Below, in pieces: positions 39,577 to 48,709 of a stretch of DNA of 64,000 bases (position 1 is the stretch's first letter; each line of letters starts with the position of its first letter). The notes beneath the pieces were generated by a model, which worked only from the letters and a program-made list of their open reading frames with translations, made no database searches and had not been told where the DNA came from. Source of the stretch: Acidobacteria bacterium UBA2999 (GTDB taxonomy: Bacteria; Acidobacteriota; Vicinamibacteria; Vicinamibacterales; UBA2999); contig DDZV01000022.1 of the NCBI GenBank assembly GCA_002346475.1, positions 7,175 to 71,174 of the forward strand. Direction: 5' to 3'. Position numbers and translations under genes: made by a program.

Positions 39577-39759
39577 ATGCATTTATTCATTGAGCCAATG
39601 GATACCACGCTTCTCGAGGTAGATTCGCAGGGGCAGGTAAAATTTCAGAATGAGGACTGGACAGCACCAACATTACAAGAACGGCGGGCTATTCTTTACG
39701 CAGCACACAAGGAACTTGAAGCGCTCCAGGAACTTATTGACATTCTGGACCATGATTAA
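39577..39759 (+). CDS. Hypothetical small protein (60 aa)
   Basis: Only an ORF in an otherwise 478-bp non-coding gap. No Shine-Dalgarno or family recognised. Confidence 0.25.
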   Translation: MHLFIEPMDTTLLEVDSQGQVKFQNEDWTAPTLQERRAILYAAHKELEALQELIDILDHD

Positions 39760-39879
39760 CTTCAACTGCCGAACCCATAATTACGAATTACAGCTAGAAA
39801 AAAGAGTAATCTGTTGTCTGAACTAACAGTTTTAGCTATGTTGCCAATTCAAGTTCTTGTTTCTCAATGAGGAATCTGC

Positions 39880-40545
39880 ATGGCTCTCAAGCACGAAGAT
39901 AAAAGCAACGTCTCCAGGCGTGATTTCTTCAAGACAGTTGGTGTTACATCAGTTGCAACCAGCATCTTGACGAGCCCGACGGCCCAGGCCCAGGAAGGAC
40001 AAGCAGAGGTGCTTGGTCCAGGCACAGTGCCCATCCGCCTCACTATTAATGGTCAAATTCGAGACTTTCAGATTGAACCTCGCGTCACATTGTTAGACAC
40101 GATTCGCAACTACGCCGGGCTCACTGGAAATAAGCGTGTTTGCGACCGTGGTGCCTGCGGTGCTTGTACGATGATCGTCGATGGACGTACGGTGTACTCG
40201 TGTTCGACATTAGCGATCGATGTGCAAGGTAAAACAATCCGTACCGTGGACGGTCTGGCCAGCGACGACACATTGCATCCTGTACAACAAGCTTTCTGTG
40301 AATCTGATGCAATGATGTGCGGCTTCTGCACCCCTGGATTTGTTGTTGCAACAGTGGCAATGCTTGAAAAGTACCCGAGTGCCACACCAGAACAAATGCA
40401 ACGAGAACTGAATGGGAATGTGTGTCGGTGTGGCACATTTAACCGAATTTACGAAGCTGCAACAAAAGCCCGCCGTGGACAAGCTTTCCAGGGCACCGTC
40501 GATAATCTTGCGGCTGCTGTAAAGAGTGAGGTGGCTCGTGGCTAA
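39880..40545 (+). CDS. Xanthine dehydrogenase-family [2Fe-2S] small subunit with Tat signal (PaoA-like)
   Basis: 221 aa. Twin-arginine motif SRRDFFK and Cys clusters CDRGACGACT, CGFCTPG, CRCGT. Confidence 0.88.
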   Translation: MALKHEDKSNVSRRDFFKTVGVTSVATSILTSPTAQAQEGQAEVLGPGTVPIRLTINGQIRDFQIEPRVTLLDTIRNYAGLTGNKRVCDRGACGACTMIVDGRTVYSCSTLAIDVQGKTIRTVDGLASDDTLHPVQQAFCESDAMMCGFCTPGFVVATVAMLEKYPSATPEQMQRELNGNVCRCGTFNRIYEAATKARRGQAFQGTVDNLAAAVKSEVARG

Positions 40546-42733
40546 ACAAGATATTCCAGGCCGCCGTCCGACAACTCAGCAGGTTCCCGCTGAAGCCGCA
40601 AAAACGTACGCCTGGCCTTCATCGCCTAAATTGATTGGCACATCAATCATGCGAATCGATGGACCGGACAAAGTAACCGGACGGGCAAAGTACACTTTTG
40701 ACATTGCGCGACCAGGCATGATTTATGGAAAACTGATTCGCTCGCCACACGCGCATGCAAGGATCGTTTCGATTAACCTGGCCCCTGCGCGACAAGCACC
40801 CGGAGTCAAAGCAGTCTTTGAATGGAAATCAGCAGGCAGTGAAGTTATGTACCAAGGTGATGCTGTCGTTGCCATTGCTGCGGAAACTGAATCGCAGGTA
40901 AACGATGCCGCGCGCCTTGTCCGCATTGAATATGAAATCCTACCCCATTTAATAAACGAAACTCAGGGCCTTAAACCGGATGCTCCACGTGTATTCCAGG
41001 ATGGCAATACAAGTAGCAGTTCGCTCCAGGAAACTGGTGACCTGGATGCCGGCTTTAAAGCTGCAGCTCATATCGTGGAAGCAGAATATTCCACGCATGT
41101 AATCACACACGTCTGTTTGGAATCCCACGGAGCGGTCTGCGAATGGGACGGTGATAATTTAACGGCGTGGGTTTCAACACAAGGGGTGCACGCAACACGG
41201 CAACAAATAGCAAGAAATCTGAAAATTCCTGAAACTAATGTTCGTGTCATCTGCGATCACATGGGTGGCGGCTTTGGCAGTAAGGTTGCTGCTGACGCAC
41301 CTATCATCGCAGCTGCTCGATTAGCCAAGGAAGCTGGGCGTCCTGTTAAGTTAATGCTAGACCGTAAGGAAGAACATCTGGATGGTGGCAACCGACCCTC
41401 AGCATTTGCCCGTGTTCGAGCGGGTGTCTCAGTAGACGGTATGCTGACAGCCTTCGAGGCTACTACTTGGGGGACTGGCGGGGCGGGGCAAGCAGCAAAC
41501 TTTCCACTACCTTACATCTATCAATTCCCAAACCGCCGACGCGAGCACACTAACGTGTATATCAATGCCGGTTTACAACGACCGATGCGGGCTCCGGGAC
41601 ACCCTCAAGGCTGTTTTGTCACTGAAGTTTTGATGGACGAACTTGCTGATCGCGCGAACATGGATCCGCTCGAATTGCGTCTTAAAAATTTACCGCCGAC
41701 AGCTCCAGATGCTATGTGGCGTGAATACTACCAAATGGGAGCGGAGCGTTTTGGTTGGGATCGACGTCATCCTACTGGCGATCCAACGCCTGGGCCAATA
41801 AAGACCGGCATGGGAATTTCAGCAAACACGTGGGGTGGGGGTGGTCGAGCAGGTAATGCCCACATAGATATTCTTTCTGATGGCAGTGTCACCGTAAAGT
41901 GTGGCACACAAGACCTCGGCACTGGAACTCGTACGATCGTGCCACTTATTGCAGCTGAGACTCTTGGCCTGCCACTAACCGCCATTACTGCAGAGATTGG
42001 TGATTCGGCTCTGCCCTTTGCTGGTGTTTCCGGAGGCAGTACAGCAACTGCAGGAGTTGGTCCGGCAGTACGTATTGCAGCTGGACTCGCACGCGATGCA
42101 CTCTTTGCTCGGGTTGCGCCTACCCTTGGAGTCGATCCCGAAGCGCTTGTCACTAACAACAGTCGCATCCAGTCCAAAGACACGCCTTCTACAGGGATGT
42201 CATGGAAAGACGCCTGTAAATTGCTTGGCGCTGAACCAATCTCAGTTGATGGACAATGGGAACCTGGTCTCTCGTCAGTGAATACGAGTGGTGTACAGTT
42301 TGCTGAAGTTGCAGTTGATATTGATACAGGCATTGTTAAGGTGAAACGCATCCTGGCAATTCAAGACTGTGGACTCGTGCTCGACAAGCTAACAACTGAA
42401 AGTCAAGTGTACGGTGGGGTTATTGGATCGCTGAATTTTGCTCTTTTTGAGAATCGACTTCTAGACCAACGCACTGGTCAAATGGTAAATCCGAATATGG
42501 AATCTTACCTGCTAGGAAGCATGGCTGATATCCCTGAGATTGATGTCGTTGTTGTTGACCAACCTGAACGTGGCATTATTGGTGTCGGCGAGCCACCAAC
42601 CGTACCAACGGCCTCGGCAATTGCCAATGCCGTTAGAAATGCAACTGGTGCCACGATTCGTAGTCTGCCTTTGCATCCCGATCGGGTGCTTGCAGCGTTG
42701 CAACAAACAAAGACAGGAGGGGCGACGGTATGA
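40526..42733 (+). CDS. Xanthine dehydrogenase-family molybdopterin-binding large subunit (PaoC-like)
   Basis: 735 aa. a/b-hammerhead N-terminus (GRAKYTFD...), catalytic-Glu region GVGEPPTVPTASAIANAV. Start is ambiguous (GTG at 40526 or GTG at 40538). Confidence 0.88.
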   Translation: MRWLVAKQDIPGRRPTTQQVPAEAAKTYAWPSSPKLIGTSIMRIDGPDKVTGRAKYTFDIARPGMIYGKLIRSPHAHARIVSINLAPARQAPGVKAVFEWKSAGSEVMYQGDAVVAIAAETESQVNDAARLVRIEYEILPHLINETQGLKPDAPRVFQDGNTSSSSLQETGDLDAGFKAAAHIVEAEYSTHVITHVCLESHGAVCEWDGDNLTAWVSTQGVHATRQQIARNLKIPETNVRVICDHMGGGFGSKVAADAPIIAAARLAKEAGRPVKLMLDRKEEHLDGGNRPSAFARVRAGVSVDGMLTAFEATTWGTGGAGQAANFPLPYIYQFPNRRREHTNVYINAGLQRPMRAPGHPQGCFVTEVLMDELADRANMDPLELRLKNLPPTAPDAMWREYYQMGAERFGWDRRHPTGDPTPGPIKTGMGISANTWGGGGRAGNAHIDILSDGSVTVKCGTQDLGTGTRTIVPLIAAETLGLPLTAITAEIGDSALPFAGVSGGSTATAGVGPAVRIAAGLARDALFARVAPTLGVDPEALVTNNSRIQSKDTPSTGMSWKDACKLLGAEPISVDGQWEPGLSSVNTSGVQFAEVAVDIDTGIVKVKRILAIQDCGLVLDKLTTESQVYGGVIGSLNFALFENRLLDQRTGQMVNPNMESYLLGSMADIPEIDVVVVDQPERGIIGVGEPPTVPTASAIANAVRNATGATIRSLPLHPDRVLAALQQTKTGGATV

Positions 42734-43719
42734 AGGCTTTTGCTTACGTCAATCCCACAACAGAACAAGCTGCGGTTGAAGCATTACGAAACGGGGGCAT
42801 TGTCCGACCCTTAGCGGGAGGCCAAGACCTGCTGGCTCGTATGAAAGATTACATTGATCAACCGGATCGGATCGTCAACGTCAAAAATGCTCTTGACACT
42901 ACGATTAGCTCAACACCTGATGGCGACCTTCGTATTGGAGCCGCTGTAAAAATTATTGATCTAGTCGAGCATGCACAAACAAGCACCCTTTATCCAGCTG
43001 TTACGATGGCCGCTCGGGATGTTGGTTCACCTCAAATCCGTCATCAAGGTACTGTAGGGGGCAACTTAAATCAAAGACCGCGCTGCTGGTACTTCCGTCA
43101 AGAAGAATTCCTCTGTTTTAAAAAGGGTGGCAACCGCTGCTTCGCAGTAGACGGTGAAAATCAGTACCATTCAATCTTTGGCAACAGCGGTCCCAGTAAG
43201 ATTGTGCATCCGTCGAGTCTTGCTGTCCCATTTGTTGCTTACCAAGCACGCTTTCGGGTAGTTAGTGCATCAGGCGAACGTGAAATTCCAGCTTCCCAAT
43301 ATTTCACCCTGCCCACGATGGAAACTGTGCAGCAAGAGAATGTACTTGCAGCTGATGAATTGCTAACACACGTCATCCTGCCGGCCCCAGGCAATCTTAA
43401 AAGCGGACACTACGAAGTCCGCTTTAAAGAATCTCGCGACTGGCCGATGGCGTTTGCAACAGTGCTCCTGACAACAACTGGTACTACGATCAGTGCCGCA
43501 CGGGTAGTCCTGGGTGCCGTCGCGCCAATACCGTGGCGTTCAGATACCGCTGAACGTGCACTCGTTGGAAAATCACTGACAGCACAAACAGCAGTCGCTG
43601 CAGGGGAAGCTGCAGTTCGTGATGCACGTCCATTAGAGAAGAACGGTTATAAGGTACAAATTACAAAAACAGCCGTTGAGCGAGCTATCCTGCAAGCAGC
43701 GGGGATACAAACAGCCTAG
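42730..43719 (+). CDS. Xanthine dehydrogenase-family FAD-binding subunit (PaoB/CoxM-like)
   Basis: 329 aa. AGGQDLL and GTVGGNL FAD motifs. ATGA overlap with the large subunit. Confidence 0.88.
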   Translation: MKAFAYVNPTTEQAAVEALRNGGIVRPLAGGQDLLARMKDYIDQPDRIVNVKNALDTTISSTPDGDLRIGAAVKIIDLVEHAQTSTLYPAVTMAARDVGSPQIRHQGTVGGNLNQRPRCWYFRQEEFLCFKKGGNRCFAVDGENQYHSIFGNSGPSKIVHPSSLAVPFVAYQARFRVVSASGEREIPASQYFTLPTMETVQQENVLAADELLTHVILPAPGNLKSGHYEVRFKESRDWPMAFATVLLTTTGTTISAARVVLGAVAPIPWRSDTAERALVGKSLTAQTAVAAGEAAVRDARPLEKNGYKVQITKTAVERAILQAAGIQTA

Positions 43720-43739
43720 TCGGTTTAAGGAAATAAGCC

Positions 43740-43967
43740 ATGCATGAACCAACTTCACCAAGAGTCGTTCAGGGTGTTCATTGCGAGCACCTCAAGCACA
43801 AAGCCATGTATGTGATGTCTGTGCCAAATCCAGATGCTTTACAGTTCTACGATCGGTACGATTCAGCGTCATATTGGTGCTCCGAAACTTCCAGCGGTTT
43901 TGGACCAGACGGTCATCCAGCTCGTCCTGACTGTTGTCAGGGAGATCGGCACTGTTGTCAGCGTTAA
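43740..43967 (+). CDS. Cys-rich mini-protein (75 aa), function unknown
   Basis: AAGGA Shine-Dalgarno 8-9 nt upstream, 20 nt after the FAD-subunit stop. Six Cys (C15, C47, CC65-66, CC71-72). YWCSETSSGFGPDG core. Confidence 0.5.
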   Translation: MHEPTSPRVVQGVHCEHLKHKAMYVMSVPNPDALQFYDRYDSASYWCSETSSGFGPDGHPARPDCCQGDRHCCQR

Positions 43968-44036
43968 ATACCTTCTGTTTTGACTCTTACTGTGTTCAAA
44001 CCCTGAGCCGGTGTAAAATAATTCCCAGAGGTTGAT

Positions 44037-44696
44037 ATGACTCGACTCATACTTATATTCACACTAATTAGTTTGGCTGTGTCGCCCTTAATGGCAGGCG
44101 ACAAAGGCGCCATCTCTGGTGCGTACTTAGAAGCACGCACAGCTGAGGTGTTTGCCGGTGGCTGTGTCATGAACAGTGAAGCGGGTACGGCTGGGCGACA
44201 TGCTGTTTTGGCATGGAAAATTGACCAGGGCAGTTTCAATGGGATTGCACTCGATGGTCTCTCTGTAGTCGCAGCAATTGCAGCGGATCGTAATCTTGGG
44301 ATCAACGAAATTGGTGGCAACCACGCACAGACTAAAGCTGCCGTTTATGTAGATACCCAGGCGACCAGTGCGCAACAAAACGCACTGATTGCTATGGCCA
44401 CTGAGTTGTCGGGTGGCATTGTTGGGACAGTTGTTAAAGTCACACCAGCACCGATTATGTTTACTGACACTGCACACCGAGTTCGTGTTTCCACTAGTGA
44501 TATAGCGCTGGATGTAAATAAACATTTAGAACATGACTTAAGTTGCGGTGGCATGCAATGGTTTCAGCCGCTCTCATCGGTAAGTCAAGCAACCATTGGA
44601 ATGGCAACAAGTCATATGTTCACCGGGTCATCGCTCGGAACAAAGTGGAGCGATCCAGATAAACGGTCAGCTTTTTTTGGCACCTTCAGCTACTGA
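44037..44696 (+). CDS. Secreted hypothetical protein, DUF1326-like (tentative)
   Basis: 219 aa with a signal peptide (...SPLMAGDKG). AVLAWKIDQGSFNGIALDGLSVVAAIA resembles the DUF1326 core as I remember it. Not verified. Confidence 0.5.
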   Translation: MTRLILIFTLISLAVSPLMAGDKGAISGAYLEARTAEVFAGGCVMNSEAGTAGRHAVLAWKIDQGSFNGIALDGLSVVAAIAADRNLGINEIGGNHAQTKAAVYVDTQATSAQQNALIAMATELSGGIVGTVVKVTPAPIMFTDTAHRVRVSTSDIALDVNKHLEHDLSCGGMQWFQPLSSVSQATIGMATSHMFTGSSLGTKWSDPDKRSAFFGTFSY

Positions 44697-44766
44697 CAAC
44701 AGTCCTCGGTTCGTACGAATATTTTTTAGGGGCCGGTGTTAGCCGGCCCTTAGCTTGTACATAAGC

Positions 44767-45507
44767 ATGGAACTTAAAGATAAAGCGGTTCTCATCACAG
44801 GAAGTAAGCGTATTGGCGCCGTGGTCGCTACTGAACTGGCTCGCCTCGGAACGGACATTGCCCTCACATGCCACACGTCGGTGCAAGAAACCACAAGTAC
44901 CGCAAACAATATACAAAGTTTAGGCAGACGGGCAGTCGTCATTCAGGCTGATCTTAGCCAATCAGCGGATTGCACACGGGCAGTTGAGGAGACCGTGGAA
45001 AAACTCGGGCGACTTGATGTTCTCATTAATATGGCATCGATTTACAGATCAAAGCCGTTTGATGAATTGACTGAAGAAGATTGGAACACCCAACTTACTG
45101 TAGACCTACGGGCTGCATTTCTCTGCGCGCATGCAGCCGTTCCACACCTACGTCGAGCCGGGGAAGGCCGGATTATTAATTTTTCCGACTGGATTGCACG
45201 AAGTGGTCGGCCACGTTATCTCGGGTATCTCCCGTACTACGTAGCAAAGGCTGGCATCATTGCACTTACAGAAGCTCTCGCTCTAGAACTAGCCTCTGAT
45301 CAAATTCTTGTTAATACTGTTGCCCCAGGCCCCATCGTGGCACCAACTGGAACTAGCAAGGAAGAATACAGACAAGTCGAACAGATAACACCACTTGGAC
45401 GATGGGGTGGTGAAATCGAAGTGGCAAAAACGATTGTGGCATTACTTCAGAACGATTACGTTACGGGTGAAACGATTCGTGTTGATGGAGGCAGACACCT
45501 CAAGTGA
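44767..45507 (+). CDS. Short-chain dehydrogenase/reductase (pteridine-reductase/FolM-like glycine motif)
   Basis: ITGSKRIGAVV cofactor motif, YYVAK catalytic YxxxK and NTVAPGPI. ATG at 44767 preferred over TTG at 44755. Confidence 0.85.
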   Translation: MELKDKAVLITGSKRIGAVVATELARLGTDIALTCHTSVQETTSTANNIQSLGRRAVVIQADLSQSADCTRAVEETVEKLGRLDVLINMASIYRSKPFDELTEEDWNTQLTVDLRAAFLCAHAAVPHLRRAGEGRIINFSDWIARSGRPRYLGYLPYYVAKAGIIALTEALALELASDQILVNTVAPGPIVAPTGTSKEEYRQVEQITPLGRWGGEIEVAKTIVALLQNDYVTGETIRVDGGRHLK

Positions 45508-45542
45508 CTGTTGCCGAACAATTACGAAGGTAGATTTACAAA

Positions 45543-46412
45543 TCAGGTTCTGGGCTTCGTTGTTACGCCAGCCCGTTCGATAATTTCCGCTAAAGTTGCC
45601 GCAGCACCCGTAATCGGGAGATTGCTAATATAAAAATGGCGTGCTCCAAGATCACGCATAGCTCGCAGAGTCCGAACACAAATATCAACCGGTGTCGCAC
45701 CAGCAGCAAATTCTTTCAGAAGTGCTTGCACTGGTACTGGCAAGAATTGCGCTAATTTTTGAAGCGTTTTCTCATTCGCACTGCGGTAGTAGAACACTCC
45801 AAACATCCCTGGAACCTGAAGGTCACGACTTACCATCTCTCGAATGAACCTTTCCACGGGTGACAGGTTGAGATGACTCACAATCTGCGTAAGGTAAAAC
45901 TCGCCAGTGAAATTCTTGTCGAGAAGGTACTGAACCTGCTGAGCCGGATCTGCCTGCGGATTTGCCCACCCGCCTAGAGCGAGTTTGGGTTCCCGGACGC
46001 GAATTGCCTGGCGGAGTTGCCAAGCATGTTCCACGCAACGAGGTCGCCCAATATTTTGATCACCCCCAAGCACAACAAGTGATGGGAATCCTTGTTGCCA
46101 TGCTTGCTCGGCATAAGTGACACAATAATCCAATGAATGTTTCGCCGTTAGAAACGGTACAACATGGTCACGTTCTACATCCTGACCAAGGTTGCTTACT
46201 AGATGACGTAAGTTGTGTTCTTCTTGCGTCCCAATGGCGCTGTCTGTAAGAAATACAGGGACATCCGCGTGGGTAAGGCTCCGAACTGCATGGTACATAT
46301 CAATCCATGCGTCCATGCCTTCGACCGGCCCAAGCTCAACCCGAGGTGGTCGCAACTCTGCTGCAATCACTGTTGCAGTCCCACGCAGTGCATGGGATAG
46401 AGAATTTTTCAT
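45543..46412 (-). CDS. Methylenetetrahydrofolate reductase-like (MTHFR family) protein
   Basis: About 290 aa. IAAELRPPR..., VVLGGD... and FYLTQ resemble MetF-family TIM barrels. Tentative. The ATG at 46412 overlaps the S9 peptidase stop (ATGA). The ORF track gives a GTG at 46424. Confidence 0.5.
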   Translation of the reverse strand: MKNSLSHALRGTATVIAAELRPPRVELGPVEGMDAWIDMYHAVRSLTHADVPVFLTDSAIGTQEEHNLRHLVSNLGQDVERDHVVPFLTAKHSLDYCVTYAEQAWQQGFPSLVVLGGDQNIGRPRCVEHAWQLRQAIRVREPKLALGGWANPQADPAQQVQYLLDKNFTGEFYLTQIVSHLNLSPVERFIREMVSRDLQVPGMFGVFYYRSANEKTLQKLAQFLPVPVQALLKEFAAGATPVDICVRTLRAMRDLGARHFYISNLPITGAAATLAEIIERAGVTTKPRT

Positions 46413-48652
46413 TGTTTCGTACACGCTTCTACGCTAGATGGTGCAGTCTCTCCGATTGTCCGCATGACGAAATTACACATCAATTGCCTAAGATGATAAT
46501 TAAGAGCAGGGTTGGCAACACCGTGTCGTGACTTAGGGTACACCATCAATTCGAATGATTTTCCGGCCTGCTGTAAACCATGCACGAGCTGAATCGTATT
46601 CTGTAGATGCACATTATCGTCAATGGTGCCATGAATAATTAGGGCACGTCCGTATAGTTGGGATGCTGCCTTTGCTGGTGCTGTCTTTTCATAACCGTCA
46701 AAGTTATTCTGCGGCATTTGCATATATCGTTCGGTATAAATTGAGTCGTAGTTTCGCCAATCGGTGACCGGAGCACCAATAATGCCTGCAGCAAAGCTCT
46801 TGCTATGTGTCATTGCATAGGCTGTCATAAAACCGCCATAACTCCACCCACTCAGTGCGATCTTTGACCCGTCAATATAAGGTTGCTGCTTCAACCATGT
46901 CACACCGTCTTCAAGATCCTGTAATTCAAGCTCGCCTAACCGACCATACACTGGCCATTGGGATTCAACACCTTTGCCACTTGCGCTTCGGTTATCAACT
47001 ACCCAAACAATGATCCCGTTCTGTGCCAAAAACTGAAAGAATAAATATTCAGTGCCTCGCCATGCATTAATCACTTGCTGTGCACCTGGACCAGCATAGG
47101 TGTGTTGATACACCGGGTAACGCTTGCTTGGATCGAAGTCTGGAGGCTTAATCATCATCGCCTCCATAAGAAATCCATCACGAGTGTTAATTTGCAGAAA
47201 TTCTGGAGTAGACAGTTGGTATTGACTAAGGGCAGGAGTCGGATTCGCCTCGATGATTCGTGTCTCGGTTCCATCTGCGTCGTGCAATCGTCTCTGCGTG
47301 GGAGTACTCACGTCACTCCAGTAACCTATATATTTGGTGAATGTTGGATTAAAACTAGCTCGATGAGTGCCAGCACGATTCGACAGCTTTTGTGTTTCGC
47401 CTGTTGACAACTGTGCTTTGTAGAGTTGTGTGCCAAGCACGCTATGCTCCGTGCCTCGGTAGTACAGACTGTCTGATGCCTCATCTACACCATAGAGAGT
47501 ACGCAGATCCCATCGACCAGATGTGACTGGACGCACCAACGTACCATCTGTTTGATACTGATAAAGATGGCGAAAACCAGACCTCTCACTAAACCAGAGA
47601 AAGGATCCATCGTTTAACCAAATGGGGTTGCCGTTTCCGTTAACCCAGGCTTGAGTTGTCTCGCGCAGGATCTGTTGATGCTTGCCAGTCATCACATCAC
47701 CAAGATTGAGGTCAAGCCACGTTTGTTCCCGATTTTGTACTTGGTACGAGATTTGATCAGAATCTGGTGTCCATCCAACATTTACGATCAGAATTTCAAC
47801 GTCGTCATATTGACTTAAATCAAGCCACAACAGATCCCCGTTACCGACCTGCACAACGCCCAAAGCAACTCTGGGATTTGGATCCCCAGCTTTTGGATAA
47901 TCCGTCACCTCAACCATGGGCCGGTAAGGAATATGATCAACTATGGTGTACTCCGGTACGGGTCGTTCATCGAGTTGTAGAAATGCAACGCGTGTTGAAT
48001 CAGGACTCCACCAGTAAGCACGAAATCTTCCACGACCGTAAATTTCTTCTTGATATAACCAGTCTAACTTCGCGTTCAATATTTCATGGTTGCCGTCTGT
48101 AGTAAGTTGCTGTTCCTGCAGAGTTTGAAGATCGACAACGAATAAATTGTTATGACGTACAAACGCCACAAGGTTCCCGTTAGGACTAAAGGATGCTTCT
48201 TCCTCTACACCAGCCTTCACTGTCAACCTGACTGCACGCTTATCCGAAAAATCGTAGTAATACAGATCGTTAGCTATGAACAAAAGCGCCCCAGCCTGAG
48301 TCGGATGCAGGGTTAAACCACCAGCACGAATCTGTGCCGAAACCTCACTAGCTGTCATTCCAACAAGTGCTGCTGCGAATTCACTCTCCATTTGTTCCAC
48401 ATCAAACAGAGGTTCGGTTAGTCCTGTAGCAGCATCAACAACTTGCCATTCACTTCCAGAGGAATCGTGAGAAATTGAAAGATAACGTTCTGTATCAATC
48501 CATGTGAGCGCTTTTGGCAACGCACCGGTAAATACTGCTCTCCGATCGGGATTGTAAATAGCATCGAGCGTTAGGGTTCGTTCCTGGGCCGCTGGTGTTT
48601 CCGGAACCAGTAGCAGGAAAATCAAAAAACTGCTGAAATATTTCAAGCTCAT
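46409..48652 (-). CDS. S9B dipeptidyl-peptidase IV-like serine peptidase (secreted)
   Basis: 747 aa with a signal peptide. Beta-propeller region plus catalytic triad motifs GWSYGG, HGTIDDNVH and SRHG. Confidence 0.9.
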   Translation of the reverse strand: MSLKYFSSFLIFLLLVPETPAAQERTLTLDAIYNPDRRAVFTGALPKALTWIDTERYLSISHDSSGSEWQVVDAATGLTEPLFDVEQMESEFAAALVGMTASEVSAQIRAGGLTLHPTQAGALLFIANDLYYYDFSDKRAVRLTVKAGVEEEASFSPNGNLVAFVRHNNLFVVDLQTLQEQQLTTDGNHEILNAKLDWLYQEEIYGRGRFRAYWWSPDSTRVAFLQLDERPVPEYTIVDHIPYRPMVEVTDYPKAGDPNPRVALGVVQVGNGDLLWLDLSQYDDVEILIVNVGWTPDSDQISYQVQNREQTWLDLNLGDVMTGKHQQILRETTQAWVNGNGNPIWLNDGSFLWFSERSGFRHLYQYQTDGTLVRPVTSGRWDLRTLYGVDEASDSLYYRGTEHSVLGTQLYKAQLSTGETQKLSNRAGTHRASFNPTFTKYIGYWSDVSTPTQRRLHDADGTETRIIEANPTPALSQYQLSTPEFLQINTRDGFLMEAMMIKPPDFDPSKRYPVYQHTYAGPGAQQVINAWRGTEYLFFQFLAQNGIIVWVVDNRSASGKGVESQWPVYGRLGELELQDLEDGVTWLKQQPYIDGSKIALSGWSYGGFMTAYAMTHSKSFAAGIIGAPVTDWRNYDSIYTERYMQMPQNNFDGYEKTAPAKAASQLYGRALIIHGTIDDNVHLQNTIQLVHGLQQAGKSFELMVYPKSRHGVANPALNYHLRQLMCNFVMRTIGETAPSSVEACTKQ

Positions 48653-48709
48653 AACTCTCTAGTTTAGTCCACTAGAATAGTGGTATGCCTCCTATTGTCT
48701 TCTCTGTCA

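Noticed and set aside
41767-42351. 194-aa ORF antisense to the molybdopterin subunit gene
   Set aside because: It lies wholly inside a confidently assigned CDS on the opposite strand. Its composition is Arg/Ser/Pro/Ala-rich and low in complexity, typical of shadow ORFs in a GC-richer gene.
43964-44525. 118-aa and 132-aa minus-strand ORFs overlapping the DUF1326-like gene
   Set aside because: The plus-strand frame has a signal peptide and protein-like composition. The minus-strand frames are Ser/Ala/Pro- or Cys/Asn-rich with no motifs.
44678-44693. TGGCAC...GC sequence resembling a sigma54 -24/-12 promoter ahead of the SDR gene
   Set aside because: The GG-to-GC spacing is two bases too short relative to TGGCAC-N5-TTGC, and the element lies within the end of the preceding CDS.
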